Sequence record: MH791411.1 | Length of the DNA stretch: 64,000 bases | Reading direction: 5' to 3' (one strand) | In this document: piece after piece, positions 38,475 to 48,440 of the stretch | Position numbering within the stretch: the stretch's first letter is position 1 | Layout of the letters: every line of letters begins with the position of its first letter | Notes under the pieces: model-generated | Database searches by the model: none | The model's input: only the letters and a program-made list of their open reading frames with translations | Told to the model about the DNA's origin: nothing | Position numbers and translations under genes: made by a program

Positions 38475-39599
38475 ATGTTACCTTTCGTATTGTTATTTGA
38501 TTATGGGAACGAAAAACAAGAAAGTTCTTATGATGTTAGTGTATATGGAAACAATAACTACATTTTAAATAAACAAACTGGAAACCTTTTTGCATCCGGT
38601 GCTGCGGCATTCATGGGTGATAACACAGTTAAGTATTATATTACCCAAATAGAATCAAATGTTCATAGCTGTGAGATAGGTTTCCTATCATCATGGATAA
38701 TTAAGAAGGACAAAACTGTTTTCATTTTAGGAAACAAAAGCAGTATAGGATTAACTGGTTCGACAACATCATGGTTCGAAATTACAAATTTATTTTCTGC
38801 TGTTCCTGAAATATGGGACAACCTATTTGAATGTAAAGTTCAATTGGGATATAACTGTATACGTGTTATGACACCACTAGGATCAATCTATGCGATTGGT
38901 ACAAACACTTATGGTGCATTGGGTACTGGTACTACATCCTCATCAACTTCGTTCGTTAAAAGTGGTGCTGTGGATGCTGTACGCATGGAATCAACAGAAC
39001 GTTCAGTGTTCTATCAAAACAGTTCTGGACAATGGTTTGGATGTGGTGATAACACATATGGTATACTAGGTCTAGGAACTACCGCGAGTCGTGTAAACTC
39101 ATACACCGCACCAGTATGGACTAATGCAGAAGCTGTTAGCTTCTCTAACCGTGGGATCATATACAGCCTCAATGGTACTCTATACTCATGTGGTGACAAA
39201 GTTAATGGTCAGCTAGGGGATGGATATACACAAAGCATAGACGCTGCCAGGAGCACACCATACACCATAGGAACCGCATTCCAAATTGGTAAGGCAATAA
39301 CATCAGCTACACAAGCATCAGCCAACGTATTCATTGGTAAAGATAATAAGTTCTATGGTACTGGTAGTATTGCTGCTGGTATAAATGGTAGTGCTAGTGC
39401 TGCATTAAGTAAAGTTACTGCGTTATCAGCATCACTACCACCTGACATTACATACAATGATATTATAACATTTAATACAGGGACCGTAACTTTTATTCAA
39501 GCAAAAGGACAACTATATTATGTTGGTAGAAGAACTTACATAGATAATAGTTCAGACGTTACCACACAGTTCAGTGTAATTGGTGGCTTAGATAATTAA
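38475..39599 (+). CDS. RCC1-like beta-propeller protein 12
   Basis: MLPFVLLFDYGN leader; TTAAATA upstream. Confidence 0.85.
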   Translation: MLPFVLLFDYGNEKQESSYDVSVYGNNNYILNKQTGNLFASGAAAFMGDNTVKYYITQIESNVHSCEIGFLSSWIIKKDKTVFILGNKSSIGLTGSTTSWFEITNLFSAVPEIWDNLFECKVQLGYNCIRVMTPLGSIYAIGTNTYGALGTGTTSSSTSFVKSGAVDAVRMESTERSVFYQNSSGQWFGCGDNTYGILGLGTTASRVNSYTAPVWTNAEAVSFSNRGIIYSLNGTLYSCGDKVNGQLGDGYTQSIDAARSTPYTIGTAFQIGKAITSATQASANVFIGKDNKFYGTGSIAAGINGSASAALSKVTALSASLPPDITYNDIITFNTGTVTFIQAKGQLYYVGRRTYIDNSSDVTTQFSVIGGLDN

Positions 39600-39604
39600 A
39601 ATTA

Positions 39605-39634
39605 ATCCAGTACTATTATAGTACTGGATTTTTT
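39605..39634. terminator. bidirectional intrinsic terminator
   Basis: AATCCAGTACT-ATTAT-AGTACTGGATT between convergent genes. Confidence 0.8.
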
Positions 39635-39635
39635 A

Positions 39636-40007
39636 TTATAACATACGTTTTTTACGAATAGTATTGTGGATATTTTTTAAGTAGTTCACACCTTTACACA
39701 ACCCATAAAATACACCAGCACATACACCAAATGCAGGTATCATACATGCAAACATCGTTATCAATTCCCACATCTCCATGCCATCTTGATTCGGTCCAAG
39801 GTCAAAGATAACAACCGAAACCAAACCTGTGATACTTAGCATATAATATGCCATGAAGATAATAAAAGAAACAATACCAACGTCAGATTTTACTGAATTT
39901 AGCATATTATATACTGGGGTTACACAGAAGTAATACAATAACCAAATCAAAGAACCTAAACTAAACACAATAATAGTAATGATTGAAAATATTTCACGAT
40001 AACTCAT
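39636..40007 (-). CDS. 3-TM membrane protein, paralog family
   Basis: three hydrophobic segments, basic tail. Confidence 0.8.
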   Translation of the reverse strand: MSYREIFSIITIIVFSLGSLIWLLYYFCVTPVYNMLNSVKSDVGIVSFIIFMAYYMLSITGLVSVVIFDLGPNQDGMEMWELITMFACMIPAFGVCAGVFYGLCKGVNYLKNIHNTIRKKRML

Positions 40008-40008
40008 T

Positions 40009-40371
40009 TTAGTCCCTCGTGCCTAAACGCTCATGGATTTCGGAAATCTTATGATACATCCACGCCAGCAACTCAACGGATGCACAGAGAATAACCACAC
40101 ACAGTGTTAGTGAACATACCATAATACCAAATGTTATAAAATTCGAACTCGATGTTAATAATGCAACCAGCATTAGAATAAAACCAAAATTGAATGCTGT
40201 ACTCAACACAGTATATGCTGGACTATATCTCCTTTGTATTACATCATATATATTTGATAATGGTCGCTTATGGAAGTACTTCCCAATGCACACGAATGCA
40301 TTCAGTGAGAAGATAAATGTATACGCCATTACCATTAATTGACCAATAAAAGATAATTCAATATTATTCAT
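40009..40371 (-). CDS. 3-TM membrane protein, paralog family
   Basis: as above; GKYF after TM1. Confidence 0.8.
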   Translation of the reverse strand: MNNIELSFIGQLMVMAYTFIFSLNAFVCIGKYFHKRPLSNIYDVIQRRYSPAYTVLSTAFNFGFILMLVALLTSSSNFITFGIMVCSLTLCVVILCASVELLAWMYHKISEIHERLGTRD

Positions 40372-40372
40372 G

Positions 40373-40744
40373 TTATCCTCGTTTGCGGTATTTGATGCTT
40401 TGGTGCATTCTCTGAAAATGTGGAACTAATACATATTGTACGGTTTGCCAAATTACCATCAGATTATGGACAGCACCACCGAGTAGACCAAACACTACAC
40501 AGATAATTGCCAGTACTGGATCACCATCTACCATACCCCATTTGAATATATGTAAAATCCATACAGTGATAAGTAGTAATAAACTAATCCAATACGTAGT
40601 AAAAAATCCTGCATGTAATTCATAGTCATCAGCAATTTCATCGTATACGGTTTCCAAGAAGGATACACAGAAGAACTTGCCAATAATAACAATTGTACTA
40701 ATAAACAACATAGCAGTTAATATAATAAGTGCAATTTCCATCAC
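40373..40744 (-). CDS. 3-TM membrane protein, paralog family
   Basis: as above. Confidence 0.8.
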   Translation of the reverse strand: MMEIALIILTAMLFISTIVIIGKFFCVSFLETVYDEIADDYELHAGFFTTYWISLLLLITVWILHIFKWGMVDGDPVLAIICVVFGLLGGAVHNLMVIWQTVQYVLVPHFQRMHQSIKYRKRG

Positions 40745-41055
40745 ATCCCTCGTTTACGCTTTTGATTGCGTCTAAATTCGGTTAGCCCACGAGTAATCGG
40801 TGGCATCAGACTACATAAAAAAATAACAGTTGTTGGTAATAACATGAAGTCAATCATTGCTGTATTAACAGGTGGTTCACATATCAAATAATACAAGCAA
40901 GTAATACTAATTATGGTTGACCCAATAAAAGGAATACAAAATTCTTTTATCTGTTTTTCAACATAATCAAACATCTTCAGTACAAATAAAAATCCAACCC
41001 AACACATAATAAAATAGAATGAATAAAGCGTGTAAATCAATGTTACGATATCCAT
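40741..41055 (-). CDS. 3-TM membrane protein, paralog family
   Basis: as above. Confidence 0.8.
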   Translation of the reverse strand: MDIVTLIYTLYSFYFIMCWVGFLFVLKMFDYVEKQIKEFCIPFIGSTIISITCLYYLICEPPVNTAMIDFMLLPTTVIFLCSLMPPITRGLTEFRRNQKRKRGM

Positions 41056-41393
41056 TAGTACCTCGCATCAGGAACTTTAGCACGTAATTTATGAACGACT
41101 GGGAACAACAACAAACTTACATATGCAATAGTTGAACCCCAATAGAATACTAATATAATTGGTTCACCATTGGAACGGAACCCTCTACTAATCATTGAGT
41201 AGTGAATAATTGGCATAATCATCGCCATACCAAACCATGCGTGTAATTTTAATTGCAACAGGTGTTCAGAGATGAATACTGAAATTGGTCGTTTGAAGAA
41301 CCACATAAGAAAGTAGAATCCAGCACTAAGAATATAGTACATAATACTAACTTTCATATACCACGGCAGTAAGTGTAAAAAATATTCCATCAT
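41055..41393 (-). CDS. 3-TM membrane protein, paralog family
   Basis: WFFK after TM1; LRAKVP tail. Confidence 0.8.
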   Translation of the reverse strand: MMEYFLHLLPWYMKVSIMYYILSAGFYFLMWFFKRPISVFISEHLLQLKLHAWFGMAMIMPIIHYSMISRGFRSNGEPIILVFYWGSTIAYVSLLLFPVVHKLRAKVPDARY

Positions 41394-41737
41394 TCCTCCG
41401 GTATCTTGTTTCGAAGTTCAATCATAACACAACAAATTTTAATGGTCAAGTAAAAAACTACACATATCATACCCAATGTACCGTAAACTGCGGAGAATGC
41501 TGGCAGTACCTTTCCTGTGAGTGTTGCTACAATACATGCTATCAATGTTGATGCAAACAACGATTGATTAATGAAAGAATTCATAAAATCTTCACCATTA
41601 CGCTTATAGAATTGTCGTTTAAAATACCATCCTAGAAACATAACTACCCAAAATGTTACATAACCTGTTAGAATAATCCCTGCAATTGAATGTGCAACAG
41701 AACTACTCTTTAAAAACTCAAGATAAGATTCAAACAT
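41390..41737 (-). CDS. 3-TM membrane protein, paralog family
   Basis: WYFK; LRNKIP tail. Confidence 0.8.
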   Translation of the reverse strand: MFESYLEFLKSSSVAHSIAGIILTGYVTFWVVMFLGWYFKRQFYKRNGEDFMNSFINQSLFASTLIACIVATLTGKVLPAFSAVYGTLGMICVVFYLTIKICCVMIELRNKIPEE

Positions 41738-42075
41738 TAGAAGTCCCCACGAATTTTTGCTCTACCATTAATGATGAGATTAAACAAGTATATCAGCACC
41801 CAAATTAGTAATCCAAGGAATACAATATATTGTGATATTGAGTTCAACTGTGGATTAGCACAATAAATTAAGTGTGCGATAAGACCAACAATTGCAAACA
41901 TACCTTGGATAATAGTGAAAAGAAGTAGTGAAATGTTTCCATCAGGATACAGTTTGAAAACGATTTTCTTTTTAAAATACCATAGTACTACAACTAGTGC
42001 ATGATAAAAGAAAAAACCAAACAGATAAATCAAAGTAATACTAAGCATTGTATCTGAATTAAAAAACTCAAGCAT
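41737..42075 (-). CDS. 3-TM membrane protein, paralog family
   Basis: WYFK; RAKIR tail. Confidence 0.8.
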   Translation of the reverse strand: MLEFFNSDTMLSITLIYLFGFFFYHALVVVLWYFKKKIVFKLYPDGNISLLLFTIIQGMFAIVGLIAHLIYCANPQLNSISQYIVFLGLLIWVLIYLFNLIINGRAKIRGDF

Positions 42076-42142
42076 ATCGTATCTCCTGTGGTGAATATTA
42101 AGTTATAGTACTACACTATGGTAGTACTGTCAATACATGTAA

Positions 42143-42913
42143 TTAAATTTTCTCAAGGAACAAGTTTTCGCACTGCTCTTCCCAATCATACGGATTGTTG
42201 TTGTATACTGCTGAAATCAACAGAGGCATACGCAGTGAAGGAGCACGAAGTGCATCTTCATGTTTCAGCATCCAATTCAGGATTGCTTTGCTACCATTAC
42301 TATTAACACCTTTAGTTGACAGGATGTTGGTCTTGTTCATTACGTTTTCAATGTGAATCATGATATCGCTTTTAGTCTGGATCTGTAAGTCAACATACAC
42401 AGAGCGAGACATAAGAGCAGCATAGTGAGCAGACATTTTGGTTTTAGCTTTAGCATTCAGTGCTAAATCTTTGTTAGTAATGAATACGATACGACCGTTA
42501 AAATCAAAGCTGTTAGGGATACCGTTGGTAGTTAAGTACTTAGAGCTAGTCATGTAAGACACAGTACGTTTACCGCTGTCCAGTACAGCTTTGAGCAGGT
42601 TCATACCGTCTTCTGAATCAAAGATGCTGTCCATATCATCCAGTACTAATACGTTGGTGCTGTGACGATTCTTGTACAGAACTTCATACAGAGCAAGAGT
42701 AGTCATCTTACCACTGATAGTAGCTACGTTCCATTCTGCTGCGTCATGAGCTTTCTGGAGGCGTTGTGACAGGGTGTAAGTCTTACCAACACCAGGTGCA
42801 CCGCTGACAACCATACTTTTTACAGTACTGTTATCGTCGAGCAAACACTCAAGAGCAACCATCATGGAGTTGAAGTTTTTCTGAATTTGAATGCTACGTG
42901 CTTCTCTGGTCAT
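42143..42913 (-). CDS. AAA+ family ATPase
   Basis: Walker A GAPGVGKT, Walker B VLVLDD, IVFITN sensor 1, SR arginine finger. Confidence 0.9.
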   Translation of the reverse strand: MTREARSIQIQKNFNSMMVALECLLDDNSTVKSMVVSGAPGVGKTYTLSQRLQKAHDAAEWNVATISGKMTTLALYEVLYKNRHSTNVLVLDDMDSIFDSEDGMNLLKAVLDSGKRTVSYMTSSKYLTTNGIPNSFDFNGRIVFITNKDLALNAKAKTKMSAHYAALMSRSVYVDLQIQTKSDIMIHIENVMNKTNILSTKGVNSNGSKAILNWMLKHEDALRAPSLRMPLLISAVYNNNPYDWEEQCENLFLEKI

Positions 42914-42941
42914 TTCGTTATCCTCATCAATTGATGAAATA

Positions 42942-42978
42942 ATTATAGCAAAAAGGGCTGACCTAAGTCAACCCTTTT
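42942..42978 (-). promoter_or_regulatory. fused terminator/sigma70 promoter module
   Basis: GGGTTGAC-TTAG-GTCAGCCC-TTTT-GC-TATAAT; repeats at 44580, 46387, 50861, 53125, 53905, 57497. Confidence 0.8.
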
Positions 42979-42980
42979 GT

Positions 42981-44324
42981 TTAGTTTTGTTTCACCCCAC
43001 CCCATTTTTCATAGATGGCAATAATTTTATCTATGTTGTTTGGTGTAGTTGTTTCTGTATACCCATCCCCCACCTCTCTTTTAGTGAAGATTGGACAAAA
43101 CTGCCTTTTACATTCATTTTCTGCGTTAGTACAATTTCCAACACTTGGAAAGCGATACGAATACATTGGTTTTATATCAAAAATACTATTCAAATTTTGT
43201 TTTGAAACTCGATTGCCCTTTACTGTTTCTTTTCCATATTTCACACCAACACATACCCCGCTGTCCATTATTACATGAATATATGTATATGTTGCACACT
43301 TTCCGGCATCATATGGGTTACCTTGATGTTTATCTAAAAAGTTCGTTATAGATGTTTTATATGGTAAATTATTACTACTCCCCATCAACATTATGTTAGT
43401 TTTCTGATTTGGTTTTTCTGGATTGTGTTCAAACCCTATAAATTTATCATTTGAATTACGAAATTCTAATTCCTTTTTTATACGATATACATACTGTGAT
43501 TTAGTCCAGTGGAAATTAGTTGAACACCTACACGGTATAATATGTGCAGATGATAAATCATTTAGTGTTGCGTAGAATACACCATCACATACACCAGCTT
43601 GTACATATTCATCATAACTACACTTCGCACACACAAATTTGTATAAACGATAATTTCCCCTCATCTTTTCTGATGGTTGAATTGTAAATTCATTAGTTAA
43701 ATGACCATTATTATTAATTTTATCTATATGATATTGTAGTGGTTTAGAGTTAGTTTTAGTTATTGACTCTTTTTTACATTTCATACAACCAAATGTTTTA
43801 TTTTTTGATGTTAACGTATTAATATTAGAAATCGAACAAAACACATTATGTTTGTTACAATAAATTAGTATCTCAGTGTTGGTAGCATTAATTTTATCAT
43901 AAGAACCAAGACCCAATAATGTATATATCCCACCACTGAATTTTTTGAATTGTTCAATAATAGTCATAATATGTTGTGTATTTGTTTTCTTTGTCCACTT
44001 TGTTGCAGATTTCTTTTTAGTAATATGTATGGAGTTTATTCCCAATCCATATATTAAACCATTCGGGACATCATATTTTTTAAGATAGTGTTTACTATTA
44101 TTGTAAATGAAATATCCCAAAATCGAGTTATCATTATTGGAAAAATCATCTTGGGGTAATTTATTAAAATCCATATGGTTGAAATCTTTTGTTGGATGGC
44201 GTTCTGATAAAATAATACGAGTTATTTTATCAGAATCGACCATTTTTGAACAAATTGTAATTCTAACATCTTGTATGAAATTCAATTTGGTACATTTAAA
44301 AGGTACTTTAATATCAACACGCAT
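42981..44324 (-). CDS. putative homing endonuclease (Cys-rich modules + GIY-YIG-like C-terminus)
   Basis: CxxH...GCxxC, CxxC, CxC modules; YTYIH...KYG...R; start uncertain. Confidence 0.5.
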   Translation of the reverse strand: MRVDIKVPFKCTKLNFIQDVRITICSKMVDSDKITRIILSERHPTKDFNHMDFNKLPQDDFSNNDNSILGYFIYNNSKHYLKKYDVPNGLIYGLGINSIHITKKKSATKWTKKTNTQHIMTIIEQFKKFSGGIYTLLGLGSYDKINATNTEILIYCNKHNVFCSISNINTLTSKNKTFGCMKCKKESITKTNSKPLQYHIDKINNNGHLTNEFTIQPSEKMRGNYRLYKFVCAKCSYDEYVQAGVCDGVFYATLNDLSSAHIIPCRCSTNFHWTKSQYVYRIKKELEFRNSNDKFIGFEHNPEKPNQKTNIMLMGSSNNLPYKTSITNFLDKHQGNPYDAGKCATYTYIHVIMDSGVCVGVKYGKETVKGNRVSKQNLNSIFDIKPMYSYRFPSVGNCTNAENECKRQFCPIFTKREVGDGYTETTTPNNIDKIIAIYEKWGGVKQN

Positions 44325-44553
44325 TACTTAAAACTCCTTTCCAGTACTGAACCCGTCCAGCACCATTAATCTTAGCTTGAATCTTATCTTTTTCGACAAG
44401 ACCTTCTTTGTAATCGATGGAAGTATTATCGCACTGAATTACATCTAAGTCAAGTACTTCTTGTGTACTTAATGAAGTATTGTCTGCAATTTGTTGTAAT
44501 GTAATGATATCAGTACCGAAGAATTCTGCTAAACGTATAAAAGATAGTTTCAT
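44314..44553 (-). CDS. hypothetical protein
   Basis: 79 aa, own promoter module. Confidence 0.75.
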   Translation of the reverse strand: MKLSFIRLAEFFGTDIITLQQIADNTSLSTQEVLDLDVIQCDNTSIDYKEGLVEKDKIQAKINGAGRVQYWKGVLSNAC

Positions 44554-44673
44554 GTATTGCCTCTTGAGATGATGAAATAATTATAGCAAAAAGGGCTGAC
44601 CTAAGTCAACCCTGTTTTAAAGTTTTTTTAATATGTTGATAACGACGGTATGTATTCACCATCTGTCATCATT

Positions 44674-45411
44674 TCACACGATATCCCCATATGGTTTAAT
44701 TGTTTTTAGACACCAAGGAATAGGAATCCCATATTCAGAACCCCATAAATCTGAATAAGAATTATAGAGTTCACCAAGTTCTTTCATCTGTTCATAGTTG
44801 TTCAACAACTGATATTGAAAGTCTAAGCCTTCATCCCCAACTGGTACAAACTTATTACCAAGTAGGTTATTTTTTACTTTACCTATATGTATGCCATGTG
44901 TCGCATCAGATATCGTCCCATCACTTTCTAACCAAAACGATCCATCATATGATCCACTACCTCTACGAATATAAATTCTTTCTCCATATGGAACAATAGC
45001 TGGAGTTGTCATATCATGCAATGCATTATTGTACTTATTATCTTTATCAAAAGTATTAATACTACCTTCAGAAAAAGATTTATTATTAGAAAGAATAAAG
45101 TATGCCATATCATTTATTAATTGTGATGGAACCCATCCATGCGAATCACCATCAGAACCTACGTTGTAATAAGTAATTTCGTTTCCTAATTTATCAACTG
45201 TAATATCAATATCATATACAGGAAATGACCCACTATAACGTTCATAACCATGAGCATCGAATGTTAAATATCCATTATTATCTAATATCATACTATAAGT
45301 ACTATTATTAATAACAATAGTAAGTTCTTTTTGTTTTCCACATTTTAAGGTAGTTCGCGAATAAGTTAATTCATAATATGTTTTGTATAAGTAATGTTCT
45401 TCTATCAACAT
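44674..45411 (-). CDS. hypothetical protein (FQYQL motif family)
   Basis: 245 aa. Confidence 0.8.
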   Translation of the reverse strand: MLIEEHYLYKTYYELTYSRTTLKCGKQKELTIVINNSTYSMILDNNGYLTFDAHGYERYSGSFPVYDIDITVDKLGNEITYYNVGSDGDSHGWVPSQLINDMAYFILSNNKSFSEGSINTFDKDNKYNNALHDMTTPAIVPYGERIYIRRGSGSYDGSFWLESDGTISDATHGIHIGKVKNNLLGNKFVPVGDEGLDFQYQLLNNYEQMKELGELYNSYSDLWGSEYGIPIPWCLKTIKPYGDIV

Positions 45412-45609
45412 TTAAATATCCTTGTTGGATAATCATAACGTTAGTTCGTTAATGATTATTATATAAAGGATGATAACTAACTATTTTTCAAGTTAATATA
45501 TTCACCCCATAAATTATATATATTGTTTTCAACACAATCATCATCGCTTAATTCTATCATTGACGATATAAGTACTGAATAGTTCATTACACATCTGTCA
45601 CTACATCAA

Positions 45610-45804
45610 CTAATCCTCACTGAAAACAACAATAAGGAATGACACGAACAATGCCGCATAACAAGGAGCTATCTTCATGTACCACGGGACTTCATAATAC
45701 CATGTACCCAATTCATCCCACGAAAAGAGTATACTCACACCGAAGCCGATTAGCGATAGTACAATAAAAGAAATCCAGAAACGCTTTGAATATACTAATA
45801 ACAT
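45610..45804 (-). CDS. small 2-TM membrane protein
   Basis: hydrophobic 64 aa. Confidence 0.75.
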   Translation of the reverse strand: MLLVYSKRFWISFIVLSLIGFGVSILFSWDELGTWYYEVPWYMKIAPCYAALFVSFLIVVFSED

Positions 45805-45842
45805 GTTATGTTCCTTTGTGTGACCGAAGTTAACCCTTACCT

Positions 45843-46358
45843 TTAATAATTATTCATTTCATCTTTGATTTGTTCTTCAATTTCGTCGAACATATCAGTA
45901 CTAGATTCTATATTACTACTTACGTCCTGCATATCTTTAACGTACTGTGGGCGTTCAACGTCAGTAAATTTATACCACATAGGCTTCATATGGAGCTTCT
46001 CAATCAAACGCTCACGAGACATTTTAATCTCTGACTCCGATGGTACGTAGTCATTACAAAACTCAGCAGGGAAGCCGCTAATGTCGTTTACTTCAGTGTT
46101 TTGAATCTTCATCCCACGACGCAAACATTCGTTAACAATATCAATATGACGCTTCTGTAAGTACAATAACTTGTTGTAGAAGAATGTTACATGACCTGAA
46201 CCTAACAGGTAAGTACTGTTAATTTTGAAATCACGGACTCGCTTACGTGCTTGAACATGTTTTTGTACAGCACCAAACACACGTGGGAGTTCACGATATT
46301 CAGCCATCAGATGTTGGTCAGCAAGTTCTTTAACGTGTACTAAGTTAATGCGTGTCAT
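45843..46358 (-). CDS. denV: endonuclease V, pyrimidine-dimer DNA glycosylase
   Basis: [43 protein letters not shown] match T4 DenV. Confidence 0.95.
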   Translation of the reverse strand: MTRINLVHVKELADQHLMAEYRELPRVFGAVQKHVQARKRVRDFKINSTYLLGSGHVTFFYNKLLYLQKRHIDIVNECLRRGMKIQNTEVNDISGFPAEFCNDYVPSESEIKMSRERLIEKLHMKPMWYKFTDVERPQYVKDMQDVSSNIESSTDMFDEIEEQIKDEMNNY

Positions 46359-46412
46359 GTATTCATCCTCTCGTTTCGATGAAATGATTATAGCAAAAAG
46401 GGCTGACCGAAG

Positions 46413-46700
46413 TCAACCCGTTTTGAAAGGATTTTTTAATGGTTTTCGTACTGTATGTATTTTGCTTTGTAGTTCTTCTTCCCACAAAACATTTATATTA
46501 TAAACTAAATCATTGTAGTCACTGTTCACAAAGATAAAATCATACTTCTCATTAAAAGTATGAGAAATCAATTGCATTTTCATAAGTATTATTGAACTTT
46601 TAAATTTATATGTTTCTTTTTCTTCTCCAGTTTTTGAACTTTGTATATTTTTTATAAATTCCATGAATTCATCATTGGTCATTGTTTCAGCATCCAACAA
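46413..46700 (-). CDS. hypothetical protein
   Basis: 95 aa. Confidence 0.65.
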   Translation of the reverse strand: MLDAETMTNDEFMEFIKNIQSSKTGEEKETYKFKSSIILMKMQLISHTFNEKYDFIFVNSDYNDLVYNINVLWEEELQSKIHTVRKPLKNPFKTG

Positions 46701-46977
46701 TACCCAACTTCACAATCTCATACCCATCCAAATATCCATATGAACACTCAGGCGTTTCATAAGATGAACCATCATGGATGCCCTGGCATTGACTTTTGGA
46801 ATTCTCAAGCAATCGTTGCAGTACTGATACGTCATCAAGAACGTAATACAAGTTAGCATATAGGTCCGTTACAATACAGTACTCCAACATGTCAAATGTA
46901 TCAATCGAAATTTCAACCTTAGCAAATTGTTTCTTTTCTTTATTATACAGTGCGTACATATTAATCTCCATAATCAA
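46687..46977 (-). CDS. hypothetical protein
   Basis: 96 aa; similar to 48821-49078. Confidence 0.7.
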   Translation of the reverse strand: MIMEINMYALYNKEKKQFAKVEISIDTFDMLEYCIVTDLYANLYYVLDDVSVLQRLLENSKSQCQGIHDGSSYETPECSYGYLDGYEIVKLGIVGC

Positions 46978-47332
46978 GTTTAACTAACTTACCACCCAGA
47001 TACCCAAAGTTTTCTGGCTTCGCATCTGAATAGAAGAAGTCAGTACTCAACTCTGAATCCAATGCTAAAGCACACAACTCCACCCAAAATAAACCCCTAT
47101 GTTGTACTGGCTTACAACGTTTCTGTACAGTTACTAGTCCAGTACATGATGACCACAACGTAGGGCAGATACCACTATCACTACGCTTGGAGTACTGCAT
47201 CCAAGAACGTTCATTGAGGTTAGCTATCATCCCTGTTAAGAATAGCTTCCAACTTTTAAAGGTTGGAATCTTGATAGCATATTCCCCAATGAGTATGACA
47301 GTTCGTGTTGCACCTTTCAAATCTATATTCAT
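46961..47332 (-). CDS. minimal protein kinase-like protein
   Basis: KGATR, AIK, NLNE, DAKPEN, LDYG in 123 aa. Confidence 0.7.
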   Translation of the reverse strand: MNIDLKGATRTVILIGEYAIKIPTFKSWKLFLTGMIANLNERSWMQYSKRSDSGICPTLWSSCTGLVTVQKRCKPVQHRGLFWVELCALALDSELSTDFFYSDAKPENFGYLGGKLVKLDYGD

Positions 47333-47341
47333 ATTTTTTAA

Positions 47342-47593
47342 TTAGAAGAACACAAACCAAGTCCAGAATAAATTCCACACTACAAATAAAGACATAGTGG
47401 TTTTATGTACAATATCAGCAGTACTGGTCCATCCTCCACCGTGTCCTATTCCATTTATGAATAGAACTAAGAACAAGATACCATTTACTACAATAGTACA
47501 TAGTAAGTACACAAACACATTCCATGCAAGTTCAGGGGATACTAACGTAAATGGTAAAACAATTAGTAGTATTAGAACTAATAAAATTTTCAT
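47342..47593 (-). CDS. membrane protein
   Basis: hydrophobic 83 aa. Confidence 0.75.
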   Translation of the reverse strand: MKILLVLILLIVLPFTLVSPELAWNVFVYLLCTIVVNGILFLVLFINGIGHGGGWTSTADIVHKTTMSLFVVWNLFWTWFVFF

Positions 47594-47621
47594 TTATCGC
47601 CTCACTTAATTAACGTGACAA

Positions 47622-47798
47622 TTAGTACGAATCAGATTCCCAGTACTCGATTGCTTCTTTCAGCAATTCTTTAGCACGTTGTTTTGCAATGCGAGCGGGT
47701 AACAGATATGTGTACATTAACTGACGCTTCACTTCATTCAGTGAAAGCTGTTCATGGTACAGTGCATCCATCAGTCGATTACGAGTACGTAGTTTCAT
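47622..47798 (-). CDS. small hypothetical protein (58 aa)
   Basis: hand-translated MKLRTRNRLMD... Confidence 0.65.
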   Translation of the reverse strand: MKLRTRNRLMDALYHEQLSLNEVKRQLMYTYLLPARIAKQRAKELLKEAIEYWESDSY

Positions 47799-47809
47799 AT
47801 AAGTTATCC

Positions 47810-48364
47810 TTATTTCAAAGAATCATAGTAAGCAGTGTCAAAGATTGGAGTCATAATAACATAGTCAATACGGTCAATGTAAGTTGAACTCCACATTTCT
47901 GGTTTGTCATAAAATTGACGCTCGCGTTCATTCATACGAGTCAGTACTTCTTCCAATTTACTACGTGAAGCCATCAATGTATTACGCGATCCATAAGTGA
48001 AGTACTCAGTCCATTGATATTCATATTCAGTACTGATAGATTGAATAGTACCATCTTTGAAATGAGCTAAGGCATATCCTTTCTCTACAAAGTTATCAGG
48101 TGGAAGAACACTATCTGGATTAGTTTTCAATGCTTTGGTTAACTTTTCTTTAATTTCAGTTAACGTGCATACTGAACGAATGTTCTTCAGGTTTGATACT
48201 TGAAAATCACTGTACTTTCCAAAGAAAAATACACGCCAATCTTTAGGTTCATTATCAGATACGGTAATATTCGGATGATGGGCGAGTAAACGAAGAAGGC
48301 CAGCTTTGTGACCGTTAATGTAGATCTCATGGATGTGGTTAGCAGTTTTCTTAAAAGTAATCAT
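47810..48364 (-). CDS. hypothetical protein
   Basis: 184 aa behind promoter-hairpin cassette. Confidence 0.8.
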   Translation of the reverse strand: MITFKKTANHIHEIYINGHKAGLLRLLAHHPNITVSDNEPKDWRVFFFGKYSDFQVSNLKNIRSVCTLTEIKEKLTKALKTNPDSVLPPDNFVEKGYALAHFKDGTIQSISTEYEYQWTEYFTYGSRNTLMASRSKLEEVLTRMNERERQFYDKPEMWSSTYIDRIDYVIMTPIFDTAYYDSLK

Positions 48365-48440
48365 GACAATTCCTCGATTGTGGGGATGAGAAGTTCATCC
48401 CCTTGATAAACATTATACAGTACTGAATGAGTTTGTCAAC

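Noticed and set aside
24923-39199. Minus-strand ORFs inside the propeller genes
   Set aside because: Shadow frames of low-complexity G/S/T/N codons
24344-39599. Shufflon or diversity-generating retroelement behind the propeller array
   Set aside because: All copies are full-length, same-orientation genes; no invertase, reverse transcriptase or adenine-specific TR/VR pair is visible
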